Source: Malacoraja senta (lineage: Eukaryota). Taken from it: 64,000 nt of DNA. Positions 49,850-63,170 of this stretch are shown piece by piece. Position numbers and translations under genes: made by a program. The stretch covers positions 62,001-126,000 of the forward strand of contig JAXLNO010000406.1 of NCBI GenBank assembly GCA_038087875.1. The letters are read 5' to 3'. The notes under the pieces are model-generated. The model searched no databases. It was not told the origin of the DNA and worked only from the letters and a program-made list of their open reading frames with translations. The number at the start of each line of letters is the position of its first letter. Positions within the stretch are counted from its first letter, which is position 1.

Positions 49850-50645
49850 TAAGAAAGAACTGCATATGCTGGTAAAATCGAAGGTAGACACAAAATGCTG
49901 GAGTAACTCAGTGGGTGAGGCAGCATCTATGGAGAGAAGAAATGGGCGACGTTTCTGGTCGAGACCCTTCTTCAGACTAATGTCAGGGTAGGGGGCGGGA
50001 CAAAGATAGAATGTAGGCAGAGACAGTAAGACCTGTGGGAGAACTGGGAAGGGGAAGAGGAACGAGAGAGTAAGCAAGTGCTATCTGAAGTTAGTTAAGT
50101 CAATGTTCATACCACTGAAATATCATCACCTCATATTTCGTATACCCAAGCGAAATATGCGGTGCTGTTTCTCCAATTTGTGCTGGGCCTCACTCTGACA
50201 ATGGAGGAGGCCCAGGACAGTAATGTCAGATTGGGAATTGGAGGGGGAGTTGAAGTGCTGGGCCACTGCGAGATCAGGTAAGTTATGATGGACTGAGCGG
50301 AGGTGTACAGCAAAACGATCGCCGAGCCTGCGCTTGGTCTCGCCGATGCAGTTGACACCTGGAACAGTGGATACAGTAGATGAGGTTGGAGGAGGTGCAA
50401 GAGAACCTCTGCCTCACCTGGAAAGACTGTTTGAGTCCTTGGATGGAGTCGATGGGGGAGGTAAAGTGACAGGTGTTGCACCTCCTGCGGTTGCAGGGTA
50501 AAGTACCTGGGGAAGGGGTGATTTTGGTGGGAAGGGACGAGTTGACCAGGGAGTTACGGAGGGAACGGTCTCTGCGGAAATCAGAAAGGGGTGGAGATGG
50601 GAAGATGTGGCCAGTAGTGGGATCCCGTTGGAGGTGGCGAAAATG
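49850..50645 (-). mobile_element. Penelope-like element fragment (GIY-YIG domain)
   Basis: Minus strand gives QRFSCTSSNLIYCIHCSRCQ..IGETKRRLGDRF, with the terminal repeat and hammerhead-like core near 49947-49978. Confidence 0.8.
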
Positions 50646-50825
50646 TTGGATTGTATGCTGTATATTCCCCTACTGTCTCCATCTACATTCTATCTTTGTC
50701 CCGCCTACTCCCCCGACATCAGTCTGAAGAAGGATCTCGACGAGAGACGTCGCCCATTCATTCTCCCCAGAGATGCTGCCTCACCCGCTGAGTTACTCCA
50801 GCATTTTCCGTCTACCTCCAGCAAT

Positions 50826-50995
50826 CAACAGGTCATCGCAGAACGGCTCCCATTTAATCCCCAAATTCCGCGTCGTGAAACCCCAGTGAGTGCGGAAATA
50901 AAACCAGGGGGGGTGTAAATGTGGGAAGAGTGCAATAAACAGCAACTGAAATCAGAGCTGTCGATCCGTTCATTTTAATGCGTTAACCGCGTCCG
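50826..50995 (+). pseudogene. Orphan copy of a TRIM 3'-UTR / polyadenylation region
   Basis: GAACGGCTCCCATTTAATCCCCAAATTCCGCG...AATAAA...GCGTTAACCGCGTCCG is the reverse complement of 18663-18840, downstream of the TRIM-B stop. Confidence 0.75.
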
Positions 50996-52001
50996 TTAAC
51001 GGAACAGGTGGGGGTGCGAAGAGAACCCCCCCTCCCCTCCCCCCATCGGCCCTCCCCACTCCCTGCCTTGTGCTCAAACACCAGGATCGTGGGACCAAAA
51101 TGCAACCCGAACTTGATGAGCAGCCCCTTCAGATATTGGTAGAGGGGCAGCAACCTCGTTACCGTTGGCAACGTCCCATTGTGATGTCAGTGTGGCAGTC
51201 GGCAGCCAGCTTGAGAGCCCATCTTGATTGGTGCACTGTGAGAGGCATTGTGACATCGTCACTGTGAGAAGGCGCTTTTGGCTGTTTTTAAAATGTCAAA
51301 AATTAATAACTTCGGAAATATAGGTGAAAATGCGGCGGGAAGATGTTTATCGCCACCAGGGGATAAATGTGAGTACGATGAGTGAAAATGGGAAGGCTGT
51401 TGCCTAGCGTTCGGAAGAAGATAGTTCACCAGGATGGCACACACACCCACACACAAACAAGACAAAGACTTTTAGTTATATAGAGATTAAAAGAAGGCAG
51501 AACCCGAGAATGAGAGACACAAGGACTGGGTAATTATATCAAAAGTATAATTGAATTTGTTGTTCCTTTCTGAAGTTGTACTTTGCCTCGTTAGTTGATA
51601 ATGTGCTGTTGCTCCAGTTTGTGTTCATGCAGTAAGCTCATAAGTTCATAAGTTATAGGAGCAGAATTAGGCAATAAGACTCATCATGTCTACTCAGCCA
51701 CTCAATCCTGGCTCATCTATCTTTCCCTCTCAACCCCATTCTCCTGCCCCCCCCCCCATAACCGCGGACACCCTTACTAATCAAATTACTAATGTTGAGC
51801 CCAGTTGGAATATTTCATGAAGCGTGACATGGAGAAGCGGGTGGGAATGAAATTGTGAATTGATGACAGGTACGTGGAAGCTCAGGGTCACAATTAAAGA
51901 TAGAACAGGTATCTTGTTCTGCACAGTCACTCCACTGCATTGTCATTCCGCATTGGTAAAGAGAACAGCCATGGGCACTGAAGGCAACACAATGAATGGA
52001 A

Positions 52002-52290
52002 TGACACGGTGGCGCAGCGGTAGAGTTGCTGCCTCACAGCGCCTGAGACTCGGACTCGATCCTGACTACGGGTGCTGTCTGTACGGAATTTTTATGTTCT
52101 CCCCATGACCGCGTGGAGATCTTCGGTTTGCTCCCACGCTCCAACGACGTACAGGTTTGTAGGTTAATTGGCTAGGTTTAAATGTAAAATTGTCCCTAGG
52201 GTGGTGTTAATGTGTGGAGATCGTTGGTAGGTGCGGATTCGGTTGGCCGAATGGCCTGTTTCCGCGTTGTATCTCTAAACTAAACAAAAA
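52002..52290 (+). mobile_element. tRNA-derived SINE (HE1/V-SINE-like)
   Basis: GACACGGTGGCGCAGCGGTAGAGTTGCTGCCTCACAGCGCC...TCTAAACTAAAC. Confidence 0.8.
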
Positions 52291-53351
52291 AGAACATACA
52301 TGGGCGTTGAATACAACTCAATAAATTGAACGAGGGACACGCTGATCGCCACTTGGTCTTGAAGGAGTATTTGGGCGACAGAATGGTGAGGTTGGATGAG
52401 GTGACAGTGGAGATGTACAGTCCCCGCTGTGGCTTGGGAGATGGAGTGAGTAAAAATGGAAGTGAGCCAGAACCCCTTTCCCAGGATGGAAATGTCCAAG
52501 ACTATAAGGTGATAAGAGCACAGTTCAATAGAGGTGTTGGGGGGCAAGTTATTTACACATAGTGGTGGGGGCCTGGAACACATTGCGAGGGGCGGTGGTG
52601 GAGGCTGATACGATGGTTGCGTTTAATTGGCTTTCAGATAAGCACATTGAAGTGCATGGAATAGAGGGACACGGGACGTGGGCACGCTGATGAGGTGAGT
52701 GTCGTGGGCATCATGTCGAAGCAAAGAAATGCAGACTCTGGTTAATACACAAAGGATTTAAAAAAACCGCTGGAGGTATTCAGCGGGTCCGGCAGCATCT
52801 CGGGAGAACGTGGATCTCCAGAAATGCCCATGTTCTCCAGAGGTATTGCCAAACGCATTGAGTTACATCAGTATTTTGTGTCTTATAGAGGAAGACGTTG
52901 CCTGTTGAAAAATAAAGACCAATTTACTGGGAAAGGAAGCCCTTTTTCAGTGAAAGTTTTTTTTTTGGTGCAATCGTAAATATTACTGAACAAGATAACG
53001 ATATTTGTCGATATTGTCATTTGCTAAATCCAATTCCGATTCTTCTCTTCCTTTTACGTATTTCCACCAATTCATTAAGTAGAGTGTTGGTCCAACGAAA
53101 CCATAGTGTTGCAAGGTGACGTCCAGTAGCAGCTATTGTGAAAGATAAAATCTGAGCCGAGACCACGGAGGGAGCAGGGCTAAAGTACAAATGTGCAAGA
53201 AAGAACAGCAGATGCTGGTTTAAATCGAACGTAGACACAAAATGCTGGAGTAACTCAGCGGGGAGGCAGCATCTCTGGAGTGAAGGAATGGGCGACGTTT
53301 CGCGTTAAGACCCTTCATCAGACTGATGTCAGGGGAGGGGGCGGGACAAAG

Positions 53352-54218
53352 ATTCCAATTCCAATTCCAATTCAATTTATTTGTCTTTTGAGGGACAAAT
53401 TTGTCATTTGGACCCCTTGAGGTCCAAACGAAATGTCGTTTCTGCAGCCATACAATACAAAACAAAGAAGACCCGAGACACAACACAATTTACACATACA
53501 TCCATCACAACGCTGTGATGGAAGGCAAAAATAACGTATCTCTCCACTGCACTTCCCCCCCCCCCCCGATGTCAGAGTCAAAGTCAAAGCCCCCGGCGGG
53601 CGATGGTGATTGTCCCGCAGCCATTAAAGCCACGCCGGGTGATGCAAGGTCGCGCACCGGGTCTTGGTGTTAGAGCCCCGGCGCTCGCCCGCAAAGTCCG
53701 GCAGCCATTCCAAGCCGCGCGGGGGTATAAAGCCCCGCTCCAGGTGCTCCTCAACCCCGCAACTCGGGCGGGAGAAGTCGCCGCTGCGGAAGCCCCGAAA
53801 AGCGGTCTCCCACCAGGGGACCCGCGGGCTTCCAGTGTTGCCGTCCGCCAGACCCGCGGTTGTAGCCTCCGAATCTCCGGGGGTCGGGTCGCAGCAGCGA
53901 TTGTCTCCACCACAGCTCCACCCGCTCCGGACTCGGCCAGCCCCGCGACGGTGAGTAGTCCGCAGCTCCACGGGAGCCCCAGGTCGTTCCTGCTGGAGGC
54001 CGCTCCACGTTGCCCAGCCCCAACGACAACGGAGACCCGACAAAGAAAAGGTCGGGTCTCCCGTGCAGCGGAAAGATTTTAAAGTGTCCCCCCCCCACCC
54101 CCACCCCCCCACACACATACCCCGAAAAAAAAATAATAAAAACTACATAAAAACGAAACAAAAATAATAAAAAGACAGACGGACTGCAGAGGCCGCTGCA
54201 ACGAAAAGTCGCGCCGCC
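53352..54218 (-). mobile_element. Unclassified GC-rich retroposon-like element with AATAAA and a (TTGGAA)n tail
   Basis: Splits a Penelope-like repeat between GGGACAAAGAT and AGATAGAATGT. The minus strand ends AATAAATTGAATTGGAATTGGAATTGGAA. Confidence 0.5.
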
Positions 54219-56284
54219 CAGATAGAATGTCGGCGGAGACAGTAAGACTAGTGGGCGAACTGGGAAGGGGAAGGGGTTGGAGAGAGAAAGAAATGTTTCG
54301 CTTGGGTAGTTTATACCCCAGCGATATGAACATTGACTTCTCTAACTTCTGATAGCCCTTGCTTTCTCTCTCCATCCCATTCCACTTCTCCCACTAGACT
54401 TACTGTCTCCGCCTACATTCTATCTTGGTGCTGTCTGTACGGGGTTTGTACTTTCTCCCCGTAACCTGCGTGGGTTTTCGCCGAGATCTTCGGTTTCCTC
54501 CCACACTCCAAAGACGTGCAGGTTAATTAGTTTTGACAAATGTAAAAATTGTCACAGGTGGGTGTAGAATAGTGTTAATGTGCGGGAATCACTGGTCCCT
54601 ATGCGCCGAAGGGCCTGTTTCCTGGCTGTATCTCCAAACTAAACTAAACGTACAAACTCCGTACAGACAGCACCAGGCTCTCTGGCGATATAAGCGCTGT
54701 AAGGCAGCAACTATACCGCTGTTCTTTTTTAAAGCTGCAACTACCAACATTTATTAATAATTAATAAACACATTTGTGTGATAGAAAGGATTTAATTTCA
54801 ACCAATCATTTAAGGTGCAGTGGAGACACTTGAATTTGCGTCTCAGGATTCCTCGTTCAGTAACGTAATCTCTGCCTCGCCACCGCACCTGTTGTTGCCA
54901 CAGATAGCCCCTGACCCGCTACGTTCGTCCACAGTTTGCATCTGCAGTCCCGTGTGTCTCAACTCGCAGCCGTCTCTCATTGAATACCAATTCTGCCCAC
55001 CGCCGCCATAATTTCCCTGTTCCTTATCCTCTCACTCTTACCCTGCACCTACTCTCACATCACCCATTCCCCCCTCCCCTCCACATCACCCGCACCTATT
55101 TCGGAGCACCCGGAATGTCGATGGTGATAGTCACTGGATGTGAAAGTGGACATGAAGTACTTGGCAACGATGCAGAGGAGGTTTTCCAGAATTATGATTT
55201 CATTAAGAGAATGGAGAGGTCAGACCGACTATGGGAAGTTTTCTCCGGACCGCCGGAGTTTGAGGGGAGACTTGATGGAAGTATATCGAATTATGAGAGG
55301 GGTGGGCAGGGTACACAATCACAACCTTTTACCGAGATGGAAATATTTAATAGTAGAGAGCATAGCTATAGGATGAGAGGGGCAAAGTTTAAAGGAGATG
55401 TGCGAGGCAGATTTTCTTCACCAATGATGGTGAGTTTCTGGAACGCGCTGCCAGGGATGGTGGTGGAGGCTGATACGAGACAGGCGGTGAAGATATTTTT
55501 GGATAGGCACGTGAGTATGCAGGTAATTGAAGGATATAGATTATGTTCAAGCAGGTAAGAGTTGGTCTTATATTCGGCACAGACACGGTGGGCCGAAAGG
55601 CCGCTCCTATACGTACTGTTCTTTGTTCCATTCGGATTTTCTCTTCGTATTGTGGATATTCCGGGATATAACCTGATACTCGAAGAAACCTCCACATAAG
55701 CGCTGTAGAGTGTATCCTGACTGTTCGCATCATGGCCTGGTGTGGCATTTCCAACGCACACGAGTTGCACTACCGCCTGCACTGCCATGGACGTGTTTAT
55801 TTTTAATTGTGTTTGCAGTTTTTAATTTTATTTTACTAACTTGCAGAATTTATGTGTAATGTGGTTGTAATTTGCGTTTAATTAATATTTTGTGTAGCAC
55901 TGAGTATTTGTGCGTGTGATGCTGCTGAAACGGCGATGAGATTTTCATCGCAGTTGTTCATCGCAGTACTTGTGCAGATGACAATAAATCCGACTTGACT
56001 TCACTCTCAGTTTATATTTAACCATCGTTTTACAACCCAGTTCATTTCTTTTTAGGCCATGTCATTTTCTGTCCTGCTCTAAACTGTCCCTGCGTTTACA
56101 TTTATATACCGGTCTAACATCTCACTAAACCCATGGGTATTTGAGGTCAGGACTCGGTCACCTAGAACACGTTCACCCTGAAAACCTACAGCAAATGTTC
56201 TGGAGACGGCAGCGTGCGCGGTAGACACTCGCGGTACAGAGGGATCACAAGGGGAAACTGGCAGGGAACATAAAAACTGACTGC

Positions 56285-58140
56285 AAAAGTTTTTATAGAT
56301 ATGTGAAGAGAAAGAGATTAGTTAAAACAAATGTAGGTCCCTTGCAGTCAGAAACAGGTGAATTGATCATGGGGAACAAGGATATGGCAGACCAATTGAA
56401 TAACTACTTTGGTTCCGTCTTCACTAAGGAAGACATAAATAATCTGCCGGAAATAGCAGGGGGCCGCGGGTCAAAGGAGATGGAGGAACTGAGTGAAATC
56501 CAGGTTAGTCGGGAAATGGTGTTGTGTAAATTGAATGGATTAAAGGCCGATAAATCACCAGGGCCAGATAGGCTGCATCCCAGAGTACTTAAGGAAGTAG
56601 CTCCAGAAATAGTGGATGCATTAGTGATAATTTTTCAAAACTCTTTAGATTCTGGAGTAGTTCCTGAGGATTGGAGGGTAGCAAACGTAACCCCACTTTT
56701 TAAGAAGGGAGGGAGAGGGAAAACGGGGAATTACAGACCAGTTAGTCTAACATCGGTAGTGGGGAAACTGCCAGAGTCAGTTATTAAAGATGAGATAGCA
56801 GCACATTTGGAAAGTGGTGAAATCATTGGACAAATTCTGCATGGATTTACGAAAGGTAAATCGTGTCTGACGAATCTTATAGAATTTTTCGAGGATGTAA
56901 CTAGTAGAGTGGATAGGGGAGAACCAGTGGATGTGTTGTATCTGGACTTTCAGAAGGCTTTCGACAAGGTACCACATAAGAGATTAGGATACAAACTTAA
57001 ATCACACGGTATTGGGGGTTCAGTATTGATGTGGATAGAGAACTGGCTGGCAAACAGGAAGAAAAGAGTAGGAGTAAATGGGTCCTTTTCACAATGGCAG
57101 GCAGTGACTAGTGGTGTACCGCAAGGCTCAGTGCTGGGACCCCAGCTATCTACAATTTATATTAATGATCTGGACGAGGGAATTGAAAGCAACATCTCCA
57201 AGTTTGCGGATGACACTAAGCTGGGGGGCAGTGTTAGCTGTGAGGAGGATGCTAGGAGACTGCAAGGTGACTTGGATAGGCTGGGTGAGTGGGTAAATGT
57301 TTGGCAGATGCAGTATAATGTGGATAAATGTGAGGTTATCCACTTTGGTGGCAAAAACGGGAAGGCAGACTATTATCTAAATGGTGGCCGATTAGGATAT
57401 GGGGAGATGCAGCGAGACCTGGGTGCCATGGTACACCAGTCATTGAAAGTAGGCATGCAGGTGCAGCAGGCAGTGAAGAAAGCGAATGGTATGTTGGCCT
57501 TCATAGCAAGAGGATTTGAGTATAGGAGCAGGGAGGTTCTACTGCAGTTGTACAGGGTCTTGGTGAGACCACACCTGGAGTATTGCGGACAGTTTTGGTC
57601 TACAAATCTGAGGAAGGACATTATAGCCATAGAGGGAGTGCAGAGAAGGTTTACCAGACTGATTCCTGGGATGTCAGGACTTTCATATGAAGAAAGATTG
57701 GATAGACTTGGCTTATACTCGCTAGAATTTAGGAGATTGAGAGGGGATCTTATAGAAACGTACATAATTCTTATGGGGTTGGACAGGCTAGATGCAGGAA
57801 GATTGTGCCCGATGTTGGGGAAGTCCAGGACAAGGGGTCACAGCTTAAGGATAAGGGGGAAATCCTTTAAGACCGAGATGAGGAAAAACTTTTTCACACA
57901 GAGAGTGGTGAATCTCTGGAACTCTCTGCCACAGAGGGTAGTTGAGGACAGTTCATTGGCTATATTTAAGAGGGAGTTAGATGTGGCCCTTGTGGCTAAA
58001 GGGATCAGGGGGTATGGAGAGAAGGCAGGTACGGGATACTGAGTTGGATGATCAGCCATGATCATATTGAATGGCGGTGCAGGCTCGAAGGGCCGAATGG
58101 CCTACTCCTGCACCTATTTTCTATGTATCTATGTATCTAA
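56285..58140 (+). mobile_element. Young 5'-truncated CR1 LINE with an uninterrupted 579-aa reverse transcriptase frame (56303-58042)
   Basis: Motifs KSPGPDRLHP, NYRPVSLTS, YLDFQKAFDKVPH, GVPQGSVLGP, KFADDTKL and WNSLP. (TATCTATG)n tail. Absent from the TRIM-B copy of this region. Confidence 0.95.
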
Positions 58141-58197
58141 GGGATCAGCTCCCAATCAGTGAAAGCAGTTTCAAACCAGGAAGTGGCAGGAGTTAAA

Positions 58198-61100
58198 ATG
58201 GCTTCTAAAGAGCAGGTCGAGAATTTAACAGAGGAGGCACTTTGTCCCATCTGCCTGGATTTCTTCACCGATCCGGTGTCACTGGAGTGTGGGCACAACT
58301 TCTGCCGCTCCTGTATCACACAGAGTTGGGACAGGGAGGGGAGAAACTCTTGCCCGGAATGTAGAGAGCTGTTTGCTGACCGCAGCCTCAAAGTTAATCG
58401 GGCCTTGGCGAGAATGTCTGAGAAAGCTCGAACACTGAGCCTGAATACGGAAGAGAAGGAAAGTAAACTTCACTGCGAGGAACATCAGGAAGAACTGAAG
58501 CTGTTTTGTGAAACTGACAAGAAACTGATCTGCCTGGTTTGTCGAGATGCGCGGGAACACAAGTCTCACAGCTTCATACCGATTAAAGAAGCTGTTGAAA
58601 TCTACAAGGTAAAAGCAACCCGACTACGATCACTTGCTTGAATGTTTATTGTCTAACCCCCTTTCTCTCTGATTCCCAGGATCAGGTTAAATCATCCATA
58701 CAATCTCTCACAACAAATAAATCAGACATCCAGGAAATGGAAGAGCAACAGAAGCAGAAGATTACCCAAGTCCGGGTGAGGCCTTGCTGTGTGGCATTTC
58801 TGATCGTGTTGTGTAGTTTTGTATTTTGGTTAATGCACTACAGCGTAGTGTGACAGCAGTTAGTTCCCCTGTTTCGCAGCTTTAATCACCGTGGTTCGAC
58901 CCTGACCTCTGGTACTCTCTGCGTGAAACCGCCATGTTCTCGCTGCGACCACGATGGGCTCCGCCCTCATCTGCATAACACGTCCATTTAATTTATGCAG
59001 GAAAGAAATGCAGATGCTGGTTTAAATCGAAGCCAGAACTAAAATGCTGGAGTAACTCAGTCTGATGAAGGGTCTCGACCCGAAACGGATCAGACTGAAG
59101 AAGGGTATCGACCCGAAACATCACCCATTACTTCTCTCCAGAGATGTTGCCTGTCCCACTGAGTTACTCCAGCATTGTGTGTCTACGTCGATTTAGTTAA
59201 CTGCTGTAATTAACCTACTGAAGGCGGGATCTGTGTATCGGTGGGAGATAATGTGAACGTGAGGACGAATATATTTCATGGAAAAGGATTCTGACAATCT
59301 TCATGTTTCATTTGACAGGAGCAGTCACAAAGCCTCAAGTCCCACGTCACATCTCAGTTTGCTGAACTGCACCAGATTCTCGTGAAGAAAGAGCAGAGCA
59401 TTCTCGGAGAGATCAAGGAGGATGAGGAGAAGATTCTAAGTCCAATGGAGAAAAATCTTCAAGACATTCAAGATAATTTAAACACTATTGAGGAGCAACT
59501 CTCAGAGCTGCAGGGGCGAATGGAACAAACAGACACCGTGTTATTTCTGAAGGTCAGGGGTTATGTTTCAATCTCGTTCAATGAAACTGCAGTCACAACA
59601 TTGGGAGCGATATATTTGCGCAAATGCAACTTTTATCATTACCTGTATTTATCCAACGACCCCCTTTCAAACACGCTCTCCTATCTCATGTCATCGTAGA
59701 CGAATTAGACCATTCGGCCCATTAAGTATACTCCGCCATTCAATCATGGCTGATCTTGCTCACCCTCTCTACTCCATTGTCCTACCTTCTCCCCATAAAC
59801 CCTGAAACCCGTGCTAATCAAGAATCCATCTATCACTGCCCTAAAATGTCCGTTGACGGCATTGCAGCCTCCTATGGCAAGGAATTCCACGGATTCACCT
59901 AGTCAATAAATTCCTCCTCATCTCCTTCCTAAATGTACATCCTTTTATTCTGAGGCTATGCCCTCTGCTCCTAGTCTCATTCAACAGTGGATACATCCCC
60001 TCCACATCAAATCTATCCAGGCCTTTAACTATTCAGTAAGTTTCAATGGGGTCCTCATCTTTCGAAACTCCAGTAAGTACGGTCCCAGTGCCGTCAAACA
60101 CTCATCATAAGTTAACCCACTCAATACTGGGAGCCATTCTATTAAATTCAGGTCCTCACTCTGGGCCTCCTCCATAGCCAGAGTGAGGACCACCGTAAAT
60201 TGGAGGAGCAGCTCCTCATATTTCGCTTGGGCAGTTTGCACCCCAGCGGTATGAACATTGACTTCTCTAATTTCGGGTAATCCCTGCTTTCTCCTCCCCT
60301 TCCCAGCTCTCCCTCAGCCCACTGTCTCCTCCTCTTCCTTTCTTCTTCCCTACCCTCCCCCTTCCCTCCCCCCTCCCCCCACTTCCCGCCCCCACCCTCA
60401 CATCAGTCGGAAGAAGGGTTTCGGCCCGAAACGTTGCCTATTTCCTTCGTTCCATAGATGCTGCCTCACCCGCTGAATTTCTCCAGCATTTTTATCTTCC
60501 GTCATTCTAGTAAAGCTCATTTGGATCCTCTTCAGCACCAGCACATCCTTCCTCAGATATGGTGCCCACAATTGCTCACAATACTCCAAATGCTGTCCGA
60601 CCAGGGCCATGCAAAGCCTCAGCATTACATCCCTTACGTTACATTATTATCTGCATTGACCAGACATGTGGGCGCGAATTCCACATTCTGATCACTGAAT
60701 TTCTGACAGGATTTGCTCCAGGCCACTTTGAATTTTTCATTTGTGTTTTGGTATCTGCAGAACCGGTGATTCATTCTCCATCTACACCCAATCTAATCCA
60801 TCATTAATCTTAAATTCCTCCAAACAATCTTGATTAACAGCTTATTGTTGGTTAACATATGAGAGAGTTTTTCGACACTGAGCTCGACCTTGGTGGCCAA
60901 GTGAGTAGATTTTTTTTAGGGCAGGTATATATAGATTATTGATTAGTACGTATGTTGGAGGTTATTGGGAGAAGGTAGGAGAATGGGGTTAGGAGGGAGA
61001 AATAGATCAGCCAAGAATGAATATCGGAGTAGTCTTGATGGGCCGAATGGTCTAATTCTGCTCCTATCACTTATGACATTATTCAGCAGAAAATTCACAA

Positions 61101-61546
61101 CACGTCCAGACTTTCTTGTACATTGCATCCTCTGAGTTAAAGCTTAATATTCACAAGCATTTCACAACCCTCCTGCATTGCTTATATCAATGCAGTGTCC
61201 TCTGTGTGACAATGTGAGAACGAGTCAGAAAATAATAATTTTCAACTATGTGAAATAATTTGCGTGAAATTGCTTTTCCCTCAGTCAATTTCTGCTTTCT
61301 TTATTTCAGGAGGAAGCTGGTCGCAAGAGGAGGTAGGACATGCTCTTCAGTTAAACTCTGCACGGATCTGTAAAGTCACATAAACATGTCGATGCGCAGG
61401 TTCTAACCGGTTATTTAATATTTGCAGAATTAGTGATGAATCAGTGACATTGTCACTGACAGATGGTGCCATACTGGATGAAAAATTCACTCACCTCTTC
61501 TGGTTGAACGCAGTCTTAAGAGAACCAGTTGTTGCGATTCACCAAG
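58198..61546 (+). CDS. TRIM-C exons 1-5 (RING, B-box2, coiled-coil), apparently intact. The B30.2 exon is expected beyond the window
   Basis: Exons 58198-58608, 58680-58775, 59319-59552, 61310-61332 and 61428-61546 (411/96/234/23/119 nt), all GT-AG and in frame. [56 protein letters not shown]. Confidence 0.92.
59057..59125 (+). ncRNA. Tandem pair of hammerhead-like cores in TRIM-C intron 2 (mirror copy at 28802-28872)
   Basis: CTGATGA-A-GGGTCTCGACCC-GAAA-CGGATC followed by CTGAAGA-A-GGGTATCGACCC-GAAA-CATC. The first has the canonical CUGAUGA. Confidence 0.4.
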
Positions 61547-62499
61547 GTAAAACATATGGATTCCTATCTTCTTTTGTGGGTGACATATTTAAGTTGTAAA
61601 TAGATGCAAAGATTGACCGTAATGATGAACTGAAGGGGAACTAAAGTTTTATACCAGCACCAATCTCACCTGTTAGGAAGCTTCACAGTCAAGTGGTCAG
61701 CTGGAGATGTTAAAATCCTGAACACATCAACACAGGAGCACAGCCAAGACACAGACTGCTAGATGACATATTATATCTTAATCCCATCCGCACCGCAGAA
61801 GCACGCCATGATACAAGTTGAATTCTACCAGGTAGCCAGCAAAGAAAACTTGACTTAATTAAATCAGAGGTATTGAAAACTGATGGGAATTTGATGACCA
61901 GGATTGTCATAAAAATACACGGGGTTCCATCAGAGAAGGATATATGTGCCACTGATCCTGCTTGTCCTGTCATTGACCACTGACTTTGGTTAACTCATGT
62001 CTGCCCCCTGCTGGAGTTATGACATCATTGTTATTAACTAGCCACCATTTTGAAGCATTGTCAGATCGGGGGAGTTTAACCCGCCACGGGTACCATGTCA
62101 TCCCGTGCTACCTGCCCCATGGTCCTATAGTCGGCGACTAAACCGTCCCCCACCTGGTTTGCTAGGCGAGGAGGGGGCTGTGGACCCCCAGCAGGTCCAA
62201 ATACAAGACCTGTCAAAGGGCGGATGAGCTTCTAGCGAGCCCACGGCCATCCACACTTCAGTAGAAGTTGCGATCACTGTCGTACATAGCATTGTAAGGA
62301 GTGAAGACAAATATGAAATGAAATTCTTCCCTCTCCTTGCTTTTCAAAAGAGAAGTTAATTAAAAAAATAATGAATTAGTGATGGAGTCGCGTCAGACAA
62401 ACTAGCATTGACCTCAGCCAGGAGTTTTGTCTTGGACGAAAACACCCAGTTACTTATTCAATTGATTTAAAATGGATTTATCTAAATCTAGTTAAAACT

Positions 62500-63170
62500 A
62501 GTCCCAAAAAGTTAATCTGCGAGTCTAATTGGTAGTAAAGAAAGCAAACTCAAGAGAGCTTGTATACAAAAACAGGGATGTAATGCTGAGGCTCTATCAG
62601 GCGCTGGTAAGGCCGCATTTGGAATATTATGAGTAATTTTGGACATCATATCTGAGGAAGGATGTGCTGGCTCTGGAGAAGGGCCTGAGGAGGTTTACAA
62701 GAATAATCCCAGGAATGAGTAGGTTAACCTATGATGAGCTTTTGTACTCGCAGGAGTTTAGAATGATGAGGGGGGCCCTCATTGAAACATACAGAATAGT
62801 AAAAGGCTTCGATAGAGAGGATGTGGAGAGGATGTTTCCACTAGTGGGAGAGTCTAGGGCTAGAGGTCATAGCCTCAGAATTAACGGACTTTCTTTTAGG
62901 AAGGAGATGATGAGAAAGTTCTTTCGTCAGCGGCTGGTTAATCTGTGGAATTCTTTGCCACAATAAACTGTGGAGTCCAAGTCAGTGGATATTTTTAAGG
63001 CAGAGATAGATAGATTCTTGATTAGTACGGGAGTTAGCAGTTTTGGGGAGAAGGCAGGAGAATGGGTTTAGGAGGGAGAGTTAGGTCAGCCATTATAGTA
63101 TGGCGGAGTGGACTTGATGGGCCGACCGGCCTAATTTTACTCCTATCACTATGATATTATGATCTTAAGC
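62500..63170 (+). mobile_element. CR1 LINE 3' fragment in TRIM-C intron 5 (mirror copy at 24780-25430)
   Basis: ORF 62664-62966 reads RRFTRIIPGMSRLTYDE..RGALIETYRI..LVNLWNSLPQ. Confidence 0.85.

Noticed and set aside
53584..54161. GC-rich overlapping ORFs suggesting a gene or CpG-island promoter
   Set aside because: Lies inside a tailed insertion that splits another repeat. No domain or splice pattern was recognised.
56303..58042. 579-aa RT ORF as a domesticated gene or RT-TRIM fusion
   Set aside because: It lacks the endonuclease and ORF1, ends with a stop and a normal CR1 tail, and is absent from the paralogous copy. A recent truncated insertion explains it.
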